Positions 12,112 through 21,742 of a DNA stretch of 64,000 nucleotides are shown here, one piece after another. A program made the position numbers and the translations under genes. The notes under the pieces are model-generated. The model worked only from the letters and a program-made list of their open reading frames with translations, ran no database searches and had not been told where the DNA came from. Numbering within the stretch: the first letter of the stretch is position 1; each line of letters starts with the position of its first letter. Source of the DNA: Oscillospiraceae bacterium (GTDB taxonomy: Bacteria > Bacillota > Clostridia > Oscillospirales > Oscillospiraceae); assembly GCA_017541825.1 (NCBI GenBank), contig JAFXYJ010000043.1:17154-81153 (forward strand). Reading direction: 5' to 3'.

Positions 12112-13415
12112 GATGCATAATATCCGTTCGCAAGCTGTAATACGTGATTTGCCACGCCCCCGGCGGCGATGAGCCCGCCGCCGCCCTGCTCGAGCAGCAC
12201 GGCGAAGGCCAGCGGCGGCCCGGAGCGGAGGTAGCCCACGAACCAGGCGTGGGTGCTGCCGTCGCCGAGCTCCGCGGTGCCGGTCTTGGCGGCCAGATCG
12301 AGCCCGGGAAAGTTGTTTTTGCCGTAGGCGTAAACCACGTTGTAATTCATGCAGTCGCCGATGAAGCCGGCGGTGTCCGCGTCCATGAGCCGGGAGCGGG
12401 CGCCGGTGTCCCCGGCACGCAGCACGCCCTCCCGGACGGCGCCGCCGCCGGCGACGGCAGCGCAGAGCCGGGCCATGGCGTAGGGGGTCACCAGGTCGTT
12501 GTACTGGCCGATGCCCGACCAGGCCAGCGGCGCGGAGCCCCGGGCCGCGACGTCGAAGCGCCCGGAGGCGGTGCGGCCGCCGTACCAGGGAAGGGAGCCG
12601 GCCACGCCCAGCCGCTCCGCGGTATCGCGGATGACCTGGCCGCCCAGCTCCAGGGCAATGGAGCCGAAGGCGCAGTTGCAGGAGTTGGCCAGCGCCTGCT
12701 CCACGGTCTGCTCCCCGTGGACGCCGGTGCAGTGCACCGTCTCGCCGAAGAGCTCCAGCGACCCGTTGCAGGTGAAGGTGCGGCTCCGCAGGTCCGGGAT
12801 GTGTTCCGCCGCGGCGGTGAGCGTCACGAGCTTGAAGATCGAGCCGGGGATGAACAGCCCGCCGATGCAGCGGTTGATATACATGCCCTCGGCGTCCCGG
12901 CGCTGACCGTAGAGCGGGTCGTAGGCGGGCGAGGAGACCATGCACAGGATCTCGCCGGTCTCGTAGTCCATCACGACCACGGCCCCGGGCCGGCCGTTGA
13001 GCGCGTACCAGGCCCCGGCCTGCAGACGGCTGTCCAGGGAGAGACGCACCTCGCCCCCCGTTCCGTCGGTGCCGTTGACGGGGGAGTAGCCCACCAGATC
13101 CCCGGAGAAGATCCCCAGGGCGGTGGAGCCGATGTTGCCCCGCTGGTCGCCCACCGCGTGGAGCGAGGCGAAGCGCACCGCCTCCTCCTCGGCGTAGGCG
13201 TATTCGCCGTCCCGGGCCGAGAACAGCACCACGCCGTTCCGGTCGGTGAGGGTGCCGCAGGCCAGGACGCCGTTGTGATAGACGTGAGCGTTGGCGCTGT
13301 AGGCGGCCCAACGGCCGCCGCGGAGCGCCAGACGCGCCAGCAGCGCCCCCAGTCCGAAGAGCACCAGCAGCGCCAGCGCGAGGGTGACGGCGGAACGGCG
13401 CCGTATCCTTTTCAT
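12108..13415 (-). CDS. Class B penicillin-binding protein (transpeptidase, PBP2/PbpA-like)
   Basis: Starts MKRIRRRSAVTLALALLVLFG (TM anchor). Carries SIFK (SxxK), SCN (SxN) and KTGT motifs. Its start overlaps the FtsW/RodA stop (ATGA) and its stop overlaps the ABC-F start (ATGA). Confidence 0.9.
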
Positions 13416-15226
13416 CGGCCCGCCCCCTTCTTTTTCGTTTCCGCCCGGGCGGCGCGCTTCCCCGCCTGCCCGCTCCTCCCGGACTTCCCGGCGGCGGGCT
13501 TTTTTGCGTCCTTTTTCGCGTCCGGCGCCGCCGCGGACTTCGCGGCAGCCGGTTTCCCGCCGCCCGCCGGCGTCTTCGAGGCCACAGTCCGGCCCAGGGC
13601 GAAGCTGCCGCCCGGGCGGGTGTCCGCCGCCTTGAGGAAGGCCAGCAGTCCCCAGCAGGCGATCAGGCTCGACCCGCCCCGGGACACGAAGGGGAAGGTG
13701 ACCCCGGTGAAGGGGAGCAGATCCATGGACCCGAAGACGTTCAGGCCCATCTGCGCCAGAAACACCGCCGCCGCGGCGCAGGCCGCGATGACGTAATAGC
13801 TCGAGCGGCCCGTATCGGCGCGGCGCCAGGCAAACAGCGCCAGCAGCAGCACGCCCGCCATGCAGCACACGCCCGTGACGAGCCCCAGCTCCTCACAGAC
13901 CACGCCGAAGACGAGGTCGGTGTCCGCGGCCACGACGGAGGTCAGCCACCCGCCGCCGGCGCCTCGGCCGAACAGTCCGCCCGAGGCCAGGGCGGACATG
14001 GCGCGCACCTGCTGATATCCCGCGCCCAGCGGATCCTCCCACACATGGCCCCAGCTGGCAAAGCGCTGGGCTACGTATGGCCGCAGCGTCAGCACCAGCG
14101 CCACGGCGGCGGCCGCGGCGGCGAGGGGAAGTCCCAGCATCAGGGGGTTCCCCGAGCGCAGGAAGACGATCACGAGAAACGCGGTGAAAAACACGAGCGC
14201 CGTGCCGAAGTCTCCCATCAGGGCCAGCGCCCCGACGCAGACGGCGGAGAAGACGGTGAACAGCAGCGTCCGGCGCATCTGCAGGCAGCGGTCCAGCGAC
14301 GCGGCCCCGGCGTAAACATAGGCGATCTTGACGAATTCGGAGGGCTGCAGGGAGCTGCCGGCCACGGTCAGCCAGTTTTTCGCGCCCATGACGCTCTCGC
14401 TGGTCACCAGCGTGAGCCCCAGCAGCGCGATGGCCGCCGCCGCGGCGGCGGCGCGCAGCGCGGTGACCCGTTTGAGCTCCCGCAGCCAGAGCCCCAGCAG
14501 GAAAAAAACCGTCAGCGCCAGCACGAACAGCGCGCTCTGCTTGAGCATGTTCTCCGGCACCGAGGACGCGGCCACCGAAAAGCCCGCCGCGGTCAGCAGA
14601 AAGGCCAGCGTCTCCGGCTCGAAGCCGCGCGCCCCGGCGTACCGTTCGATGAAATAGCCGCCCCACTGGAGCGATGCGAGGATGCCGAAGGAGAGGATGA
14701 TCCCCGGGCGGTCGGCGGCTGCGGCGGTAAAGCAGTGCTGCAGCAGCAGCGTCAGCTCAAAAAGCGTGAGCAGCAGCAGCGTCGCCGAGGACGCCGGACG
14801 GCGGCGCGGCGGGGAGTCCCGCCGGGGGACGTCCTGCGCCGTGAAGCGGAGGGTCGTTTTGCCGATCCGCAGGCGGTCGCCGCTTTTGATCGGCGCCGTC
14901 CCCTCGACAGCCCTGCCGTTGAGCAGCACGCCGGTGCCCCGGCTCAGATCCGTGACGGACCAGCCGCCGGCGGAGGAGCGCTGCAGCAGCGCATGGGTCC
15001 CCGCCGCGGCGGGATCGTCGATGACGGCGTCCGCGCCGCCGGACCGGCCGACCAGGCACTCCCAGTGCGCGACCGGGATCCGCTCCCCTTTCGGAGGGGA
15101 GAGATATGCCCAGACCTCCGGCGCGTCGTCCGCGGCGAGCATCGAGCGGGCGCAGCGCAGCACGATCCACGCCGCCAGCGCGGCGAGGATCCGGCCCGAA
15201 TACTGCATGAACACATCCTGTCCCAA
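13412..15226 (-). CDS. FHA-domain-fused FtsW/RodA/SpoVE-family (SEDS) protein with a Lys/Ala-rich C-terminal tail
   Basis: The N-terminal FHA-like segment reads ECLVGRSGGADAVIDDPAAAGTHALL...GTGVLLNGRAV...GDRLRIGKTTLRF. About 10 TM segments of SEDS type follow (FVKIAYV, GDFGTALV, PFVSRGGSSL). The start is TTG at 15226, with an alternative ATG at 15208. Confidence 0.85.
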   Translation of the reverse strand: MGQDVFMQYSGRILAALAAWIVLRCARSMLAADDAPEVWAYLSPPKGERIPVAHWECLVGRSGGADAVIDDPAAAGTHALLQRSSAGGWSVTDLSRGTGVLLNGRAVEGTAPIKSGDRLRIGKTTLRFTAQDVPRRDSPPRRRPASSATLLLLTLFELTLLLQHCFTAAAADRPGIILSFGILASLQWGGYFIERYAGARGFEPETLAFLLTAAGFSVAASSVPENMLKQSALFVLALTVFFLLGLWLRELKRVTALRAAAAAAAIALLGLTLVTSESVMGAKNWLTVAGSSLQPSEFVKIAYVYAGAASLDRCLQMRRTLLFTVFSAVCVGALALMGDFGTALVFFTAFLVIVFLRSGNPLMLGLPLAAAAAAVALVLTLRPYVAQRFASWGHVWEDPLGAGYQQVRAMSALASGGLFGRGAGGGWLTSVVAADTDLVFGVVCEELGLVTGVCCMAGVLLLALFAWRRADTGRSSYYVIAACAAAAVFLAQMGLNVFGSMDLLPFTGVTFPFVSRGGSSLIACWGLLAFLKAADTRPGGSFALGRTVASKTPAGGGKPAAAKSAAAPDAKKDAKKPAAGKSGRSGQAGKRAARAETKKKGAGR

Positions 15227-15273
15227 CGGCCCGCCCTCTCGGAAAAGTAGTCCTGAAGATTATACCATTTTTC

Positions 15274-15302
15274 TTGTCATAAATAAAGCGCTTTGCTATA
15301 AT
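15274..15302 (+). promoter_or_regulatory. Sigma-70-like promoter upstream of tmk
   Basis: TTGTCA (15274-15279), a 17-nt spacer, then TATAAT (15297-15302). Confidence 0.5.
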
Positions 15303-15340
15303 AACAAAAACACCGGGAAAATCACCGGGAGGGAAAGGGC

Positions 15341-15958
15341 ATGGACGGAAAATTCATCGTCATCGAGGGGCTGGACGGCTCCGGCAAGACCACTCAGCTC
15401 AAGGCGCTGGCGGGAAACCTGCGCGCCCTGGGCCGCCGGGTGGAGGAGACCGCCGAGCCCACCGCCGGCGCCACCGGCGGACTGATCCGGGACGCGCTCT
15501 CGGGCTTCACGCCCCGCACCGGCACCGAGATCGCCGCGCTGTTCATGGCCGACCGGGTGGCCCACAACGTCAACCCCGTCAACGGCATCGCAAAGCTCCT
15601 CTCGCAGGGCGTGGACGTGGTCTGCGACCGGTATTACTATTCCTCCCTGGCATACCAGGGTGTGGTGTCCGACCCGGAATGGGTATATCATATCAACGTG
15701 GACTGCCCCGAGATCCGCAAGCCGGATCTGTGCGTGTTCCTGGATCTGGACGACGAGGCCTGCCTGCGCCGGATGGGCTCCCGGCCCACCCGCGAGATCT
15801 ACGAGAACGAGAACACGCTCCTGGCCGTCCGGAAGCGTTATTTCGACGCCTTTGCCCGGCTGGAGGGTCGCGACCGCATCCGGATCATCGACGCCGACCG
15901 TCCCCCGGAGAAGGTGGCCGCGGACATTTTCGCCGCCGTGCGGGAGATTTTGGAATAA
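15341..15958 (+). CDS. tmk: Thymidylate kinase
   Basis: MDGKFIVIEGLDGSGKTTQ P-loop, a DRY motif (CDRYYYSSLAYQ), and a length of 205 aa. Confidence 0.9.
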   Translation: MDGKFIVIEGLDGSGKTTQLKALAGNLRALGRRVEETAEPTAGATGGLIRDALSGFTPRTGTEIAALFMADRVAHNVNPVNGIAKLLSQGVDVVCDRYYYSSLAYQGVVSDPEWVYHINVDCPEIRKPDLCVFLDLDDEACLRRMGSRPTREIYENENTLLAVRKRYFDAFARLEGRDRIRIIDADRPPEKVAADIFAAVREILE

Positions 15959-16006
15959 TCCATTTGACAATCGGCCCGGCGCTGTGCTATTATACCAAAG
16001 CGGTCT

Positions 16007-16098
16007 GGAGAAGTACCCAAGAGGCCGAAGGGGCTCCCCTGCTAAGGGAGTAGGCGGTGTTGAGCCGCGCCCGGGTTCAAATCCCGGCTTCTCCGCCA
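16007..16098 (+). tRNA. tRNA-Ser (anticodon GCU), CCA encoded
   Basis: I folded the cloverleaf by hand. Acceptor stem GGAGAAG/CTTCTCC. Anticodon stem CTCCC/GGGAG with loop CTGCTAA. A long variable arm. T-arm CCGGG-TTCAAAT-CCCGG. Discriminator G followed by CCA. Confidence 0.9.
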
Positions 16099-16182
16099 AT
16101 AGAAAACGCTTCATTTGGCATACAAATGAAGCGTTTTTTGACATTCGGAGGCAAGAAAGACGGCCGAGGGGAGGGCGTTACC

Positions 16183-16818
16183 ATGAAATTCGGCAGCGCA
16201 TACTTCATCAACGGCACCGCCTACGCGGGAAAATCCACGATGGTGCGGCTGCTTGCGCTGAAATACGGCGGCATCGAGTGCGGGGAAAACTACCACGACG
16301 CGCTGCTGCCGACGCTGGACAGAGCGGAATTCCCCTGCCTGACCTATACCCGCGATCTGGAGGACTGGCATGACTTCATCCGCAGGACTCCCGACGAATA
16401 CGAGGCGTGGGTGGACGGCGTCACGAAGGAATGCGAGACGCTGGAGCTGCGGATCCTCGAAGAGCTGTGCGCCCGGGGAAAGCCGGTCTTCGTGGATACG
16501 AACATCGGCATCGAAACGCTCCGGACCGTTGCCGCGCCCGGCCATGTGCTGATCATGCTGGCGGACCCGGAGGTCTCCGTGCGGCGGTTTTTTGACCGGC
16601 CGGATCGGGAAAAGCAGTTTTTGTACCGGCTGATCACGGAGGAGCCGGACCCCGCCTGGGCGCTGGACATTTTCCGGCAATGCCTGATGCGGATCAACTC
16701 CCGGGAACGGTACGACCGCTTCGCGCGCTCCGGGTTCCCCGTGATCCTCAGAGACGAAGCCCGCAGCGAGGAGCAGACGCTCGCGCTGGCGGAGAGGATC
16801 TTCGGGCTGGCTCCCTGA
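16183..16818 (+). CDS. P-loop NTPase / small kinase-like protein (AAA-family annotation type)
   Basis: Starts MKFGSAYFINGTAYAGKSTMVRLL, which contains a Walker A site. The ORF-track start at 16057 overlaps the tRNA and I reject it. Confidence 0.6.
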   Translation: MKFGSAYFINGTAYAGKSTMVRLLALKYGGIECGENYHDALLPTLDRAEFPCLTYTRDLEDWHDFIRRTPDEYEAWVDGVTKECETLELRILEELCARGKPVFVDTNIGIETLRTVAAPGHVLIMLADPEVSVRRFFDRPDREKQFLYRLITEEPDPAWALDIFRQCLMRINSRERYDRFARSGFPVILRDEARSEEQTLALAERIFGLAP

Positions 16819-16935
16819 CCGCCCGCGGGCCGGTTTGCGCGAAAATGAGGAAACTGCTCCGGGGCACTTGCGGAAAACGGCCCGGCATGGTACCATGAAC
16901 GGGAGAGCACAATCGTTTTTACGGAGGCGGCATAC

Positions 16936-17898
16936 ATGATCTTTTATTTCACGGGTACGGGCAATTCCCAGGCGGCGGCGCAGAGCGTGGCCGGGGCGCA
17001 GGAGCGCCTGGTCCCGATCGTCGAGTGTCTGCGGAAGGACAGCTACGATTTTGAAATCACCGACGGCGATGCCCTGGGCTTCGTGTTCCCGGTGTACTTC
17101 GGCGGACTGCCGCTGAGTGTGGAGCAGTTCATCGGGCGGCTGCGGCTGACCGGGCGCCCCGGGTACGTATACGGGCTTCTGACCTACGGCGGCTTTGCCG
17201 GAGGCGCGGGCAGCATGCTCCAGGCCGCGCTGGCCCGGGCGGGACTCGGGCTCGACGCGGTTTACGGCGTCAAGATGCCGGACAACTATCTGGTGCTCTA
17301 CGACGCTCCCACCGAGGCCGAGGAGCAGAAGATCCTCAAAAACGCCGGAGAGGCCCTTGCCAGGATCAGGACCCGGATCGTCCTGCGCGACAGGGTCATG
17401 CGCGGGACCGCGCTGCCCGTGCGGATGCTCGCCGCGGCCCTGTATCCGGGCTATATCAACGGCCGGGACACCGCGCCTTTCCACACCAACGACACCTGCA
17501 TCGGCTGCGCGGCCTGCGCCAACCGCTGCCCCAGCCGGGCCATCGAGATGCGCGACGGACGTCCGGCCTGGGTAAAGGACAAGTGCGCGTTCTGCATGAG
17601 CTGCGTGCGCTGCGGCGCCATCGAGTACGGCGAACTCTTCACCGGGAAAGCCCGGTACAAGCATCCGATGCTGCGCAAAAAGGGCCATGACGCCCACGGC
17701 GCCGCCGGCGGGCATGAAACCCACGGCGCGGCCTCGGGTCATGACCACGATGCCGCCGGGGACCACGACCACGGGGACGGCGATTGCTGCCCGCCCGAAG
17801 GCGGACACGCCCACGGCGCTGCCTCAGCGGGACACGACCACGGCAGCGGCGCTGCCTCAGCGGGACACGACCACGGCAGCGGCGCGAAGTGCCATTGA
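16936..17898 (+). CDS. Flavodoxin-like / 4Fe-4S ferredoxin-domain protein (EFR1-type) with a His-rich C-terminal tail
   Basis: N-terminus MIFYFTGTGNSQ. Two Cys clusters, CIGCAACANRCP and CAFCMSCVRC. About 70 aa of H/G/A/D-rich tail ends in KCH. Confidence 0.75.
   Translation: MIFYFTGTGNSQAAAQSVAGAQERLVPIVECLRKDSYDFEITDGDALGFVFPVYFGGLPLSVEQFIGRLRLTGRPGYVYGLLTYGGFAGGAGSMLQAALARAGLGLDAVYGVKMPDNYLVLYDAPTEAEEQKILKNAGEALARIRTRIVLRDRVMRGTALPVRMLAAALYPGYINGRDTAPFHTNDTCIGCAACANRCPSRAIEMRDGRPAWVKDKCAFCMSCVRCGAIEYGELFTGKARYKHPMLRKKGHDAHGAAGGHETHGAASGHDHDAAGDHDHGDGDCCPPEGGHAHGAASAGHDHGSGAASAGHDHGSGAKCH
17815..17880 (+). repeat. Perfect 2 x 33-bp tandem duplication inside the His-rich tail
   Basis: GGCGCTGCCTCAGCGGGACACGACCACGGCAGC occurs at 17815-17847 and again, identically, at 17848-17880. 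It encodes GAASAGHDHGS. Confidence 0.9.
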
Positions 17899-17910
17899 AC
17901 GGAAAACGGA

Positions 17911-17946
17911 CAGCCCCCGCGGCCGGCACGCCGGCCGCGGGGGCTG
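17911..17946. terminator. Stem-loop terminator between convergent genes
   Basis: Perfect 16-bp GC-rich stem (17911-17926 / 17931-17946) with a 4-nt loop. The downstream U-tract is weak (TCGTCTCTT). Confidence 0.55.
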
Positions 17947-17961
17947 TCGTCTCTTCCGCGC

Positions 17962-18921
17962 TCACAGCAGGGCCTCGACCTCTGCGGCCGACGGCATGGA
18001 CCGGATCGCGCCCTTTCGGGTCGTGACGATGTAGGCCGCGGTGTTGGCAAAGCGGAGCATGGCGTGCAGATCGGCCGCGGTGAGACCGTCGAGCCCGTGA
18101 TCGAGCACATAGCCGAGCACGCAGGCGCAGAAGGTGTCCCCGGCGCCGGTGGTGTCCACCACGCCTCCGAGCGTGCGCGCCGGCTCATACACGTCCGTTT
18201 CCCCGTAAAAGGCCCGGCTCCCGTCGGCGCCGGCGGTGACGCACAGCAGCCGGATGTTCGGGCAGCGTTCCCGCAGCACGGCGGCGCCGCGCTCGGGATC
18301 GCTCTCGCCGGTCATGAACAGCAGCTCGTTGTCGGCGATCTTCAGGATGTCGCAGCGCGCCAGCCCCCAGGCGATGGCCTCCCGCGCGGCGTCCCCGCTC
18401 TCCCACAGGGGCGGCCGCAGGTTGGGATCGAAGGACAGCAGCGCCCCGGCCGCCTTCGCCCGGGTCACGGCCTCGACCGTCGCGCTGCGGCAGGGCTCGT
18501 CGGTCAGGGAGAGCGTGCCGAAATGGAAAATGCGGGCGCTGTCGATCAGCGCCGTGTCCAGCTCGCCGACGCGCAGATTGACGTCCGCGCCGGGCCTGCG
18601 GTAAAAGCTGAAGTCCCGGTCGCCGCCGGGCAGGGTGTGCACCACCGCCAGCGTGGTGCGGACCTCGCTGTCACGGCGCAGCGCGCGGCAGTCCACGCCC
18701 GCGGCGAGCAGCGTCTCCTCGAGCATGTCGCCGAAGCTGTCCCTGCCCACCTTGCCGATGAAGGCGCAGGATTTGCCGAGCCTGCGCAGCATCGCCAGCA
18801 CATTGGCCGGAGCGCCGCCGGGGCAGGCCTCGAAGAGCGGGTTTCCCTGCGCGCTCTGTCCGTACTGGGTGAAATCCACCAGCAGCTCGCCCAGGGCGGC
18901 CGCATCGATCGTCTTTTCCAT
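17962..18921 (-). CDS. PfkB-family carbohydrate kinase (fructokinase-like)
   Basis: Contains LGELLVDF...GGAPANV, and TTGAGDTF with a GAGD anion hole near the C-terminus. I prefer the ATG at 18921 because of the AAGGGAG RBS. The track start at 18942 is GTG. Confidence 0.8.
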   Translation of the reverse strand: MEKTIDAAALGELLVDFTQYGQSAQGNPLFEACPGGAPANVLAMLRRLGKSCAFIGKVGRDSFGDMLEETLLAAGVDCRALRRDSEVRTTLAVVHTLPGGDRDFSFYRRPGADVNLRVGELDTALIDSARIFHFGTLSLTDEPCRSATVEAVTRAKAAGALLSFDPNLRPPLWESGDAAREAIAWGLARCDILKIADNELLFMTGESDPERGAAVLRERCPNIRLLCVTAGADGSRAFYGETDVYEPARTLGGVVDTTGAGDTFCACVLGYVLDHGLDGLTAADLHAMLRFANTAAYIVTTRKGAIRSMPSAAEVEALL

Positions 18922-19121
18922 ACGTTTCTCCCTTCCGTTCACGCTTCGGCGCCGTTTTCCGCTGCGGAGCCGTCCGCCAGTTTACCGAAAGTATACCAGA
19001 ACCGACCCCGTCCGACAATAGAGACAGGCCGGACCGGCCGAAATGTTTTCCGCGGGACGGCGGGGCGCTTTTTATGTTGACTTTCACAATCTTTCGGCGC
19101 AATAATACATGCTTTTCACAA

Positions 19122-19150
19122 TTGACACCGGCCGAAATGGATTTTACAAT
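19122..19150 (+). promoter_or_regulatory. Sigma-70-like promoter of the GH94 phosphorylase gene
   Basis: TTGACA (19122-19127), a 17-nt spacer, then TACAAT (19145-19150). Confidence 0.55.
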
Positions 19151-19152
19151 AG

Positions 19153-19172
19153 TTACGAAAACGTTTGCGTAA
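19153..19172. promoter_or_regulatory. Near-perfect 20-bp palindrome, LacI/CcpA-type operator candidate
   Basis: TTACGAAAACGTTTGCGTAA matches its own reverse complement at 18 of 20 positions. It is centred on AACGTT and sits immediately downstream of the -10. Confidence 0.45.
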
Positions 19173-19251
19173 CGGTTTTCTGCCTGCGATCCCCCGGAAA
19201 AGCGGGACGGAGCATGCAGTCCCGACAGAACGATCCATAAGGAGAGTCACC

Positions 19252-21687
19252 ATGAAATACGGCTATTTTGACGATACGCGCGCCGAGTATGTGATCACCC
19301 GGGCGCGCACGCCACTGCCCTGGATCAACTATCTGGGCAGCGAGGACTTTTTCACGCTCGTGTCGAACACCGCCGGCGGCTACAGCTTCTACCGGGACGC
19401 CCGGCTGCGCCGGCTGACCCGCTACCGCTACAACAACAGTCCCCTGGACGCCGACGGCCTGCATTTCTATATCCGGGACGGCGGCGCGGTCTGGAACCCG
19501 GGCTGGCAGCCCACGCAGACGGAGCTCGACCGCTATGAGTGCCGCCACGGCCTGGGCTATACGGTCATCACCGGGGAGAAGGACGGCCTCGAGGCCCGGC
19601 AGGAGATGTTCGTCCCCCGGGGGGACAACTGCCTGCTCACGCGCGTCACGCTGACCAACCGCTCCGGGGCGCCCCGGCGGCTGCAGCTCTACGCCTACAC
19701 GGAGTTCTGCCTCTGGGACGCGATGGACGACAGCTCCAACTTCCAGCGCAACTTTTCCACCGGCGAGGTGGAGGTGGACGGCCCGGCCATCTATCACAAG
19801 ACCGAATACCGGGAGCGCCGGGATCACTACGCCGTCTTCTGGGCCAACCGCGCCGTGGACGGCTTTGACACCCAGCGCGAGGCCTTCTGCGGGGTATACG
19901 GCGGGCCTGCCCGCCCCGAGGCGGTGCTCCGCGGCGGCTGTACCGGCAGCGTGGCCCACGGCTGGCAGCCGGTGGCCGCCCAGCAGATCGATTTCGACCT
20001 CGCCCCGGGAGAGAGCAGGGACGTGATCTTCGGCCTCGGCTATATCGAGGTCCCCGCGGAGGAAAAATGGGAGGCCCCGGGCGTGGTCAACAAGGCCCCC
20101 GCGAAGGCCATGATGGCCCGCTACGCGTCGAACGCCGGCTTTGACGCCGCCCTCGCCGCGCTGGGAGATTTCTGGCGGGAGCTGCTGCGGGGCTTCGAGG
20201 TCCGCACCGGCGATGAGAGGGTGGACCGGATGGTGAACATCTGGAACCAGTACCAGTGCATGGTCACCTTCAACATGAGCCGCTCGGCCAGCTATTTCGA
20301 GAGCGGCATGGGCCGGGGCATGGGCTTCCGGGACTCCTGCCAGGACCTGCTCGGCTTCGTGCACATGATCCCCGAACGGGCGCGGGAGCGCATCCTCGAC
20401 ATCGCCGCCACCCAGTTCCCGGACGGCAGCGCCTATCACCAGTACCAGCCCCTGACGAAAAAGGGCAATCTCGACGTGGGCAGCGGCTTCAACGACGATC
20501 CCCTGTGGCTGATCGCCGGCGCCGACGCCTATATCCGGGAGACCGGCGACTGGTCCATCCTCGACGAGCAGGTGCCCTTTGACAATGACGAGAGTCTGTC
20601 GCAGCCCCTCCACGAGCATCTGCGCCGCAGCTTCGCCTTCACCCGCACCCACCTGGGTCCCCACGGCCTGCCGCTGATCGGGCGCGCGGACTGGAACGAC
20701 TGCCTCAACCTCAACTGCTTCTCCGAGCACCCCGGCGAGAGCTTTCAGATCACCGGCCCCAGCGAGGGCCCCGTGGCCGAGAGCGTGTTCATCGCGGGCA
20801 TGTTCGTAAAATACGGCCGCGCCTGGGCTGCCCTGTGCCGCCATATGGGCCGGGAAGAGGAGGCCGCGGCCGCCGAGCGCGATACGGACGCCATGGAGCA
20901 GACGGTCCTCGGCGCCGGCTGGGACGGCGAGTGGTTCCGCCGGGCCTACGACGCCTTCGGCCATGTGGTCGGCGGCAGGGAATGCGCCGAGGGGCAGATC
21001 TTCATCGAGCCGCAGGGCATGTGCGTCATGGCGGGCATCGGCGTCGAGACCGGCGAGGCGGCCCGGGCGCTGGAGAGCGTCAAAGAGCGGCTGGACACTC
21101 AATACGGCATCGTCCTGCAGCAGCCGGCATATCACACATACCATCTCGAACTGGGCGAGATCTCCAGCTATCCGCCCGGTTACAAGGAAAACGCCGGCAT
21201 CTTCTGCCACAACAACCCCTGGATCGTCTGCGCCGAGACGGAGCTGGGCCACGGCGAGCGGGCCTTTGAGGTCTACCGCCGCACCTGCCCGGCCTATGTG
21301 GAGGAGATCAGCGAGATCCACCGCACCGAGCCCTACGTATACAGCCAGATGGTGGCCGGCCGCGACGCGCCCAGCTTCGGCGAGGCGAAAAACTCCTGGC
21401 TCACCGGCACCGCGGCCTGGACCTTCGTGAGCATCTCCCAGGCCATCCTGGGCCTCAAGCCCACGCTCGACGGGCTGCAGCTCGACCCCTGCGCGCCGAA
21501 GGACTGGAAGCGCTTCACCCTGCGCCGCCGCTACCGCGGCGCGGTCTACGAGATCACCGTGGAAAACCCCGACGGCGTCGAGAAGGGCGTTCGTTCCCTC
21601 GCGGTCGACGGCACGGAGATCGCCGGGAACGTGATCCCGGTGCAGAGCGCGGGCCGCACCGTCCGGGTCAAGGCCGTCATGGGATGA
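19252..21687 (+). CDS. GH94 disaccharide phosphorylase (cellobiose/chitobiose phosphorylase family)
   Basis: N-terminus [34 protein letters not shown]...[19 protein letters not shown] is the classic cellobiose phosphorylase N-terminus. Length 811 aa. AAGGAG RBS. The track start at 19165 is an upstream extension. Confidence 0.9.
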   Translation: MKYGYFDDTRAEYVITRARTPLPWINYLGSEDFFTLVSNTAGGYSFYRDARLRRLTRYRYNNSPLDADGLHFYIRDGGAVWNPGWQPTQTELDRYECRHGLGYTVITGEKDGLEARQEMFVPRGDNCLLTRVTLTNRSGAPRRLQLYAYTEFCLWDAMDDSSNFQRNFSTGEVEVDGPAIYHKTEYRERRDHYAVFWANRAVDGFDTQREAFCGVYGGPARPEAVLRGGCTGSVAHGWQPVAAQQIDFDLAPGESRDVIFGLGYIEVPAEEKWEAPGVVNKAPAKAMMARYASNAGFDAALAALGDFWRELLRGFEVRTGDERVDRMVNIWNQYQCMVTFNMSRSASYFESGMGRGMGFRDSCQDLLGFVHMIPERARERILDIAATQFPDGSAYHQYQPLTKKGNLDVGSGFNDDPLWLIAGADAYIRETGDWSILDEQVPFDNDESLSQPLHEHLRRSFAFTRTHLGPHGLPLIGRADWNDCLNLNCFSEHPGESFQITGPSEGPVAESVFIAGMFVKYGRAWAALCRHMGREEEAAAAERDTDAMEQTVLGAGWDGEWFRRAYDAFGHVVGGRECAEGQIFIEPQGMCVMAGIGVETGEAARALESVKERLDTQYGIVLQQPAYHTYHLELGEISSYPPGYKENAGIFCHNNPWIVCAETELGHGERAFEVYRRTCPAYVEEISEIHRTEPYVYSQMVAGRDAPSFGEAKNSWLTGTAAWTFVSISQAILGLKPTLDGLQLDPCAPKDWKRFTLRRRYRGAVYEITVENPDGVEKGVRSLAVDGTEIAGNVIPVQSAGRTVRVKAVMG

Positions 21688-21691
21688 AAAA

Positions 21692-21713
21692 CCCTGCCGG
21701 GAAACCGGCAGGG
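21692..21713 (-). terminator. Intrinsic terminator, best in the minus orientation, between convergent genes
   Basis: CCCTGCCGG-GAAA-CCGGCAGGG. On the minus strand it is followed by TTTTT. Confidence 0.6.
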
Positions 21714-21742
21714 AACAGAGCGTCTGATGGATCGGCGGAAGG

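Noticed and set aside
12112-13311. The track ORF 10246..13311 suggests a 1021-aa ABC-F with a 400-aa N-terminal extension.
   Set aside because: The extension overlaps the PBP gene in another frame and is low-complexity. The ABC-F family N-terminus (MIDISVRNLTKAF) starts at 12111, with an ATGA overlap to the PBP stop. The same logic applies to 13416..13868 (PBP extension), 60552..61187 (OppD extension), 16057..16182, 19165..19251, 26096..26191, 36886..37101, 38943..39023 and 53484..53561.
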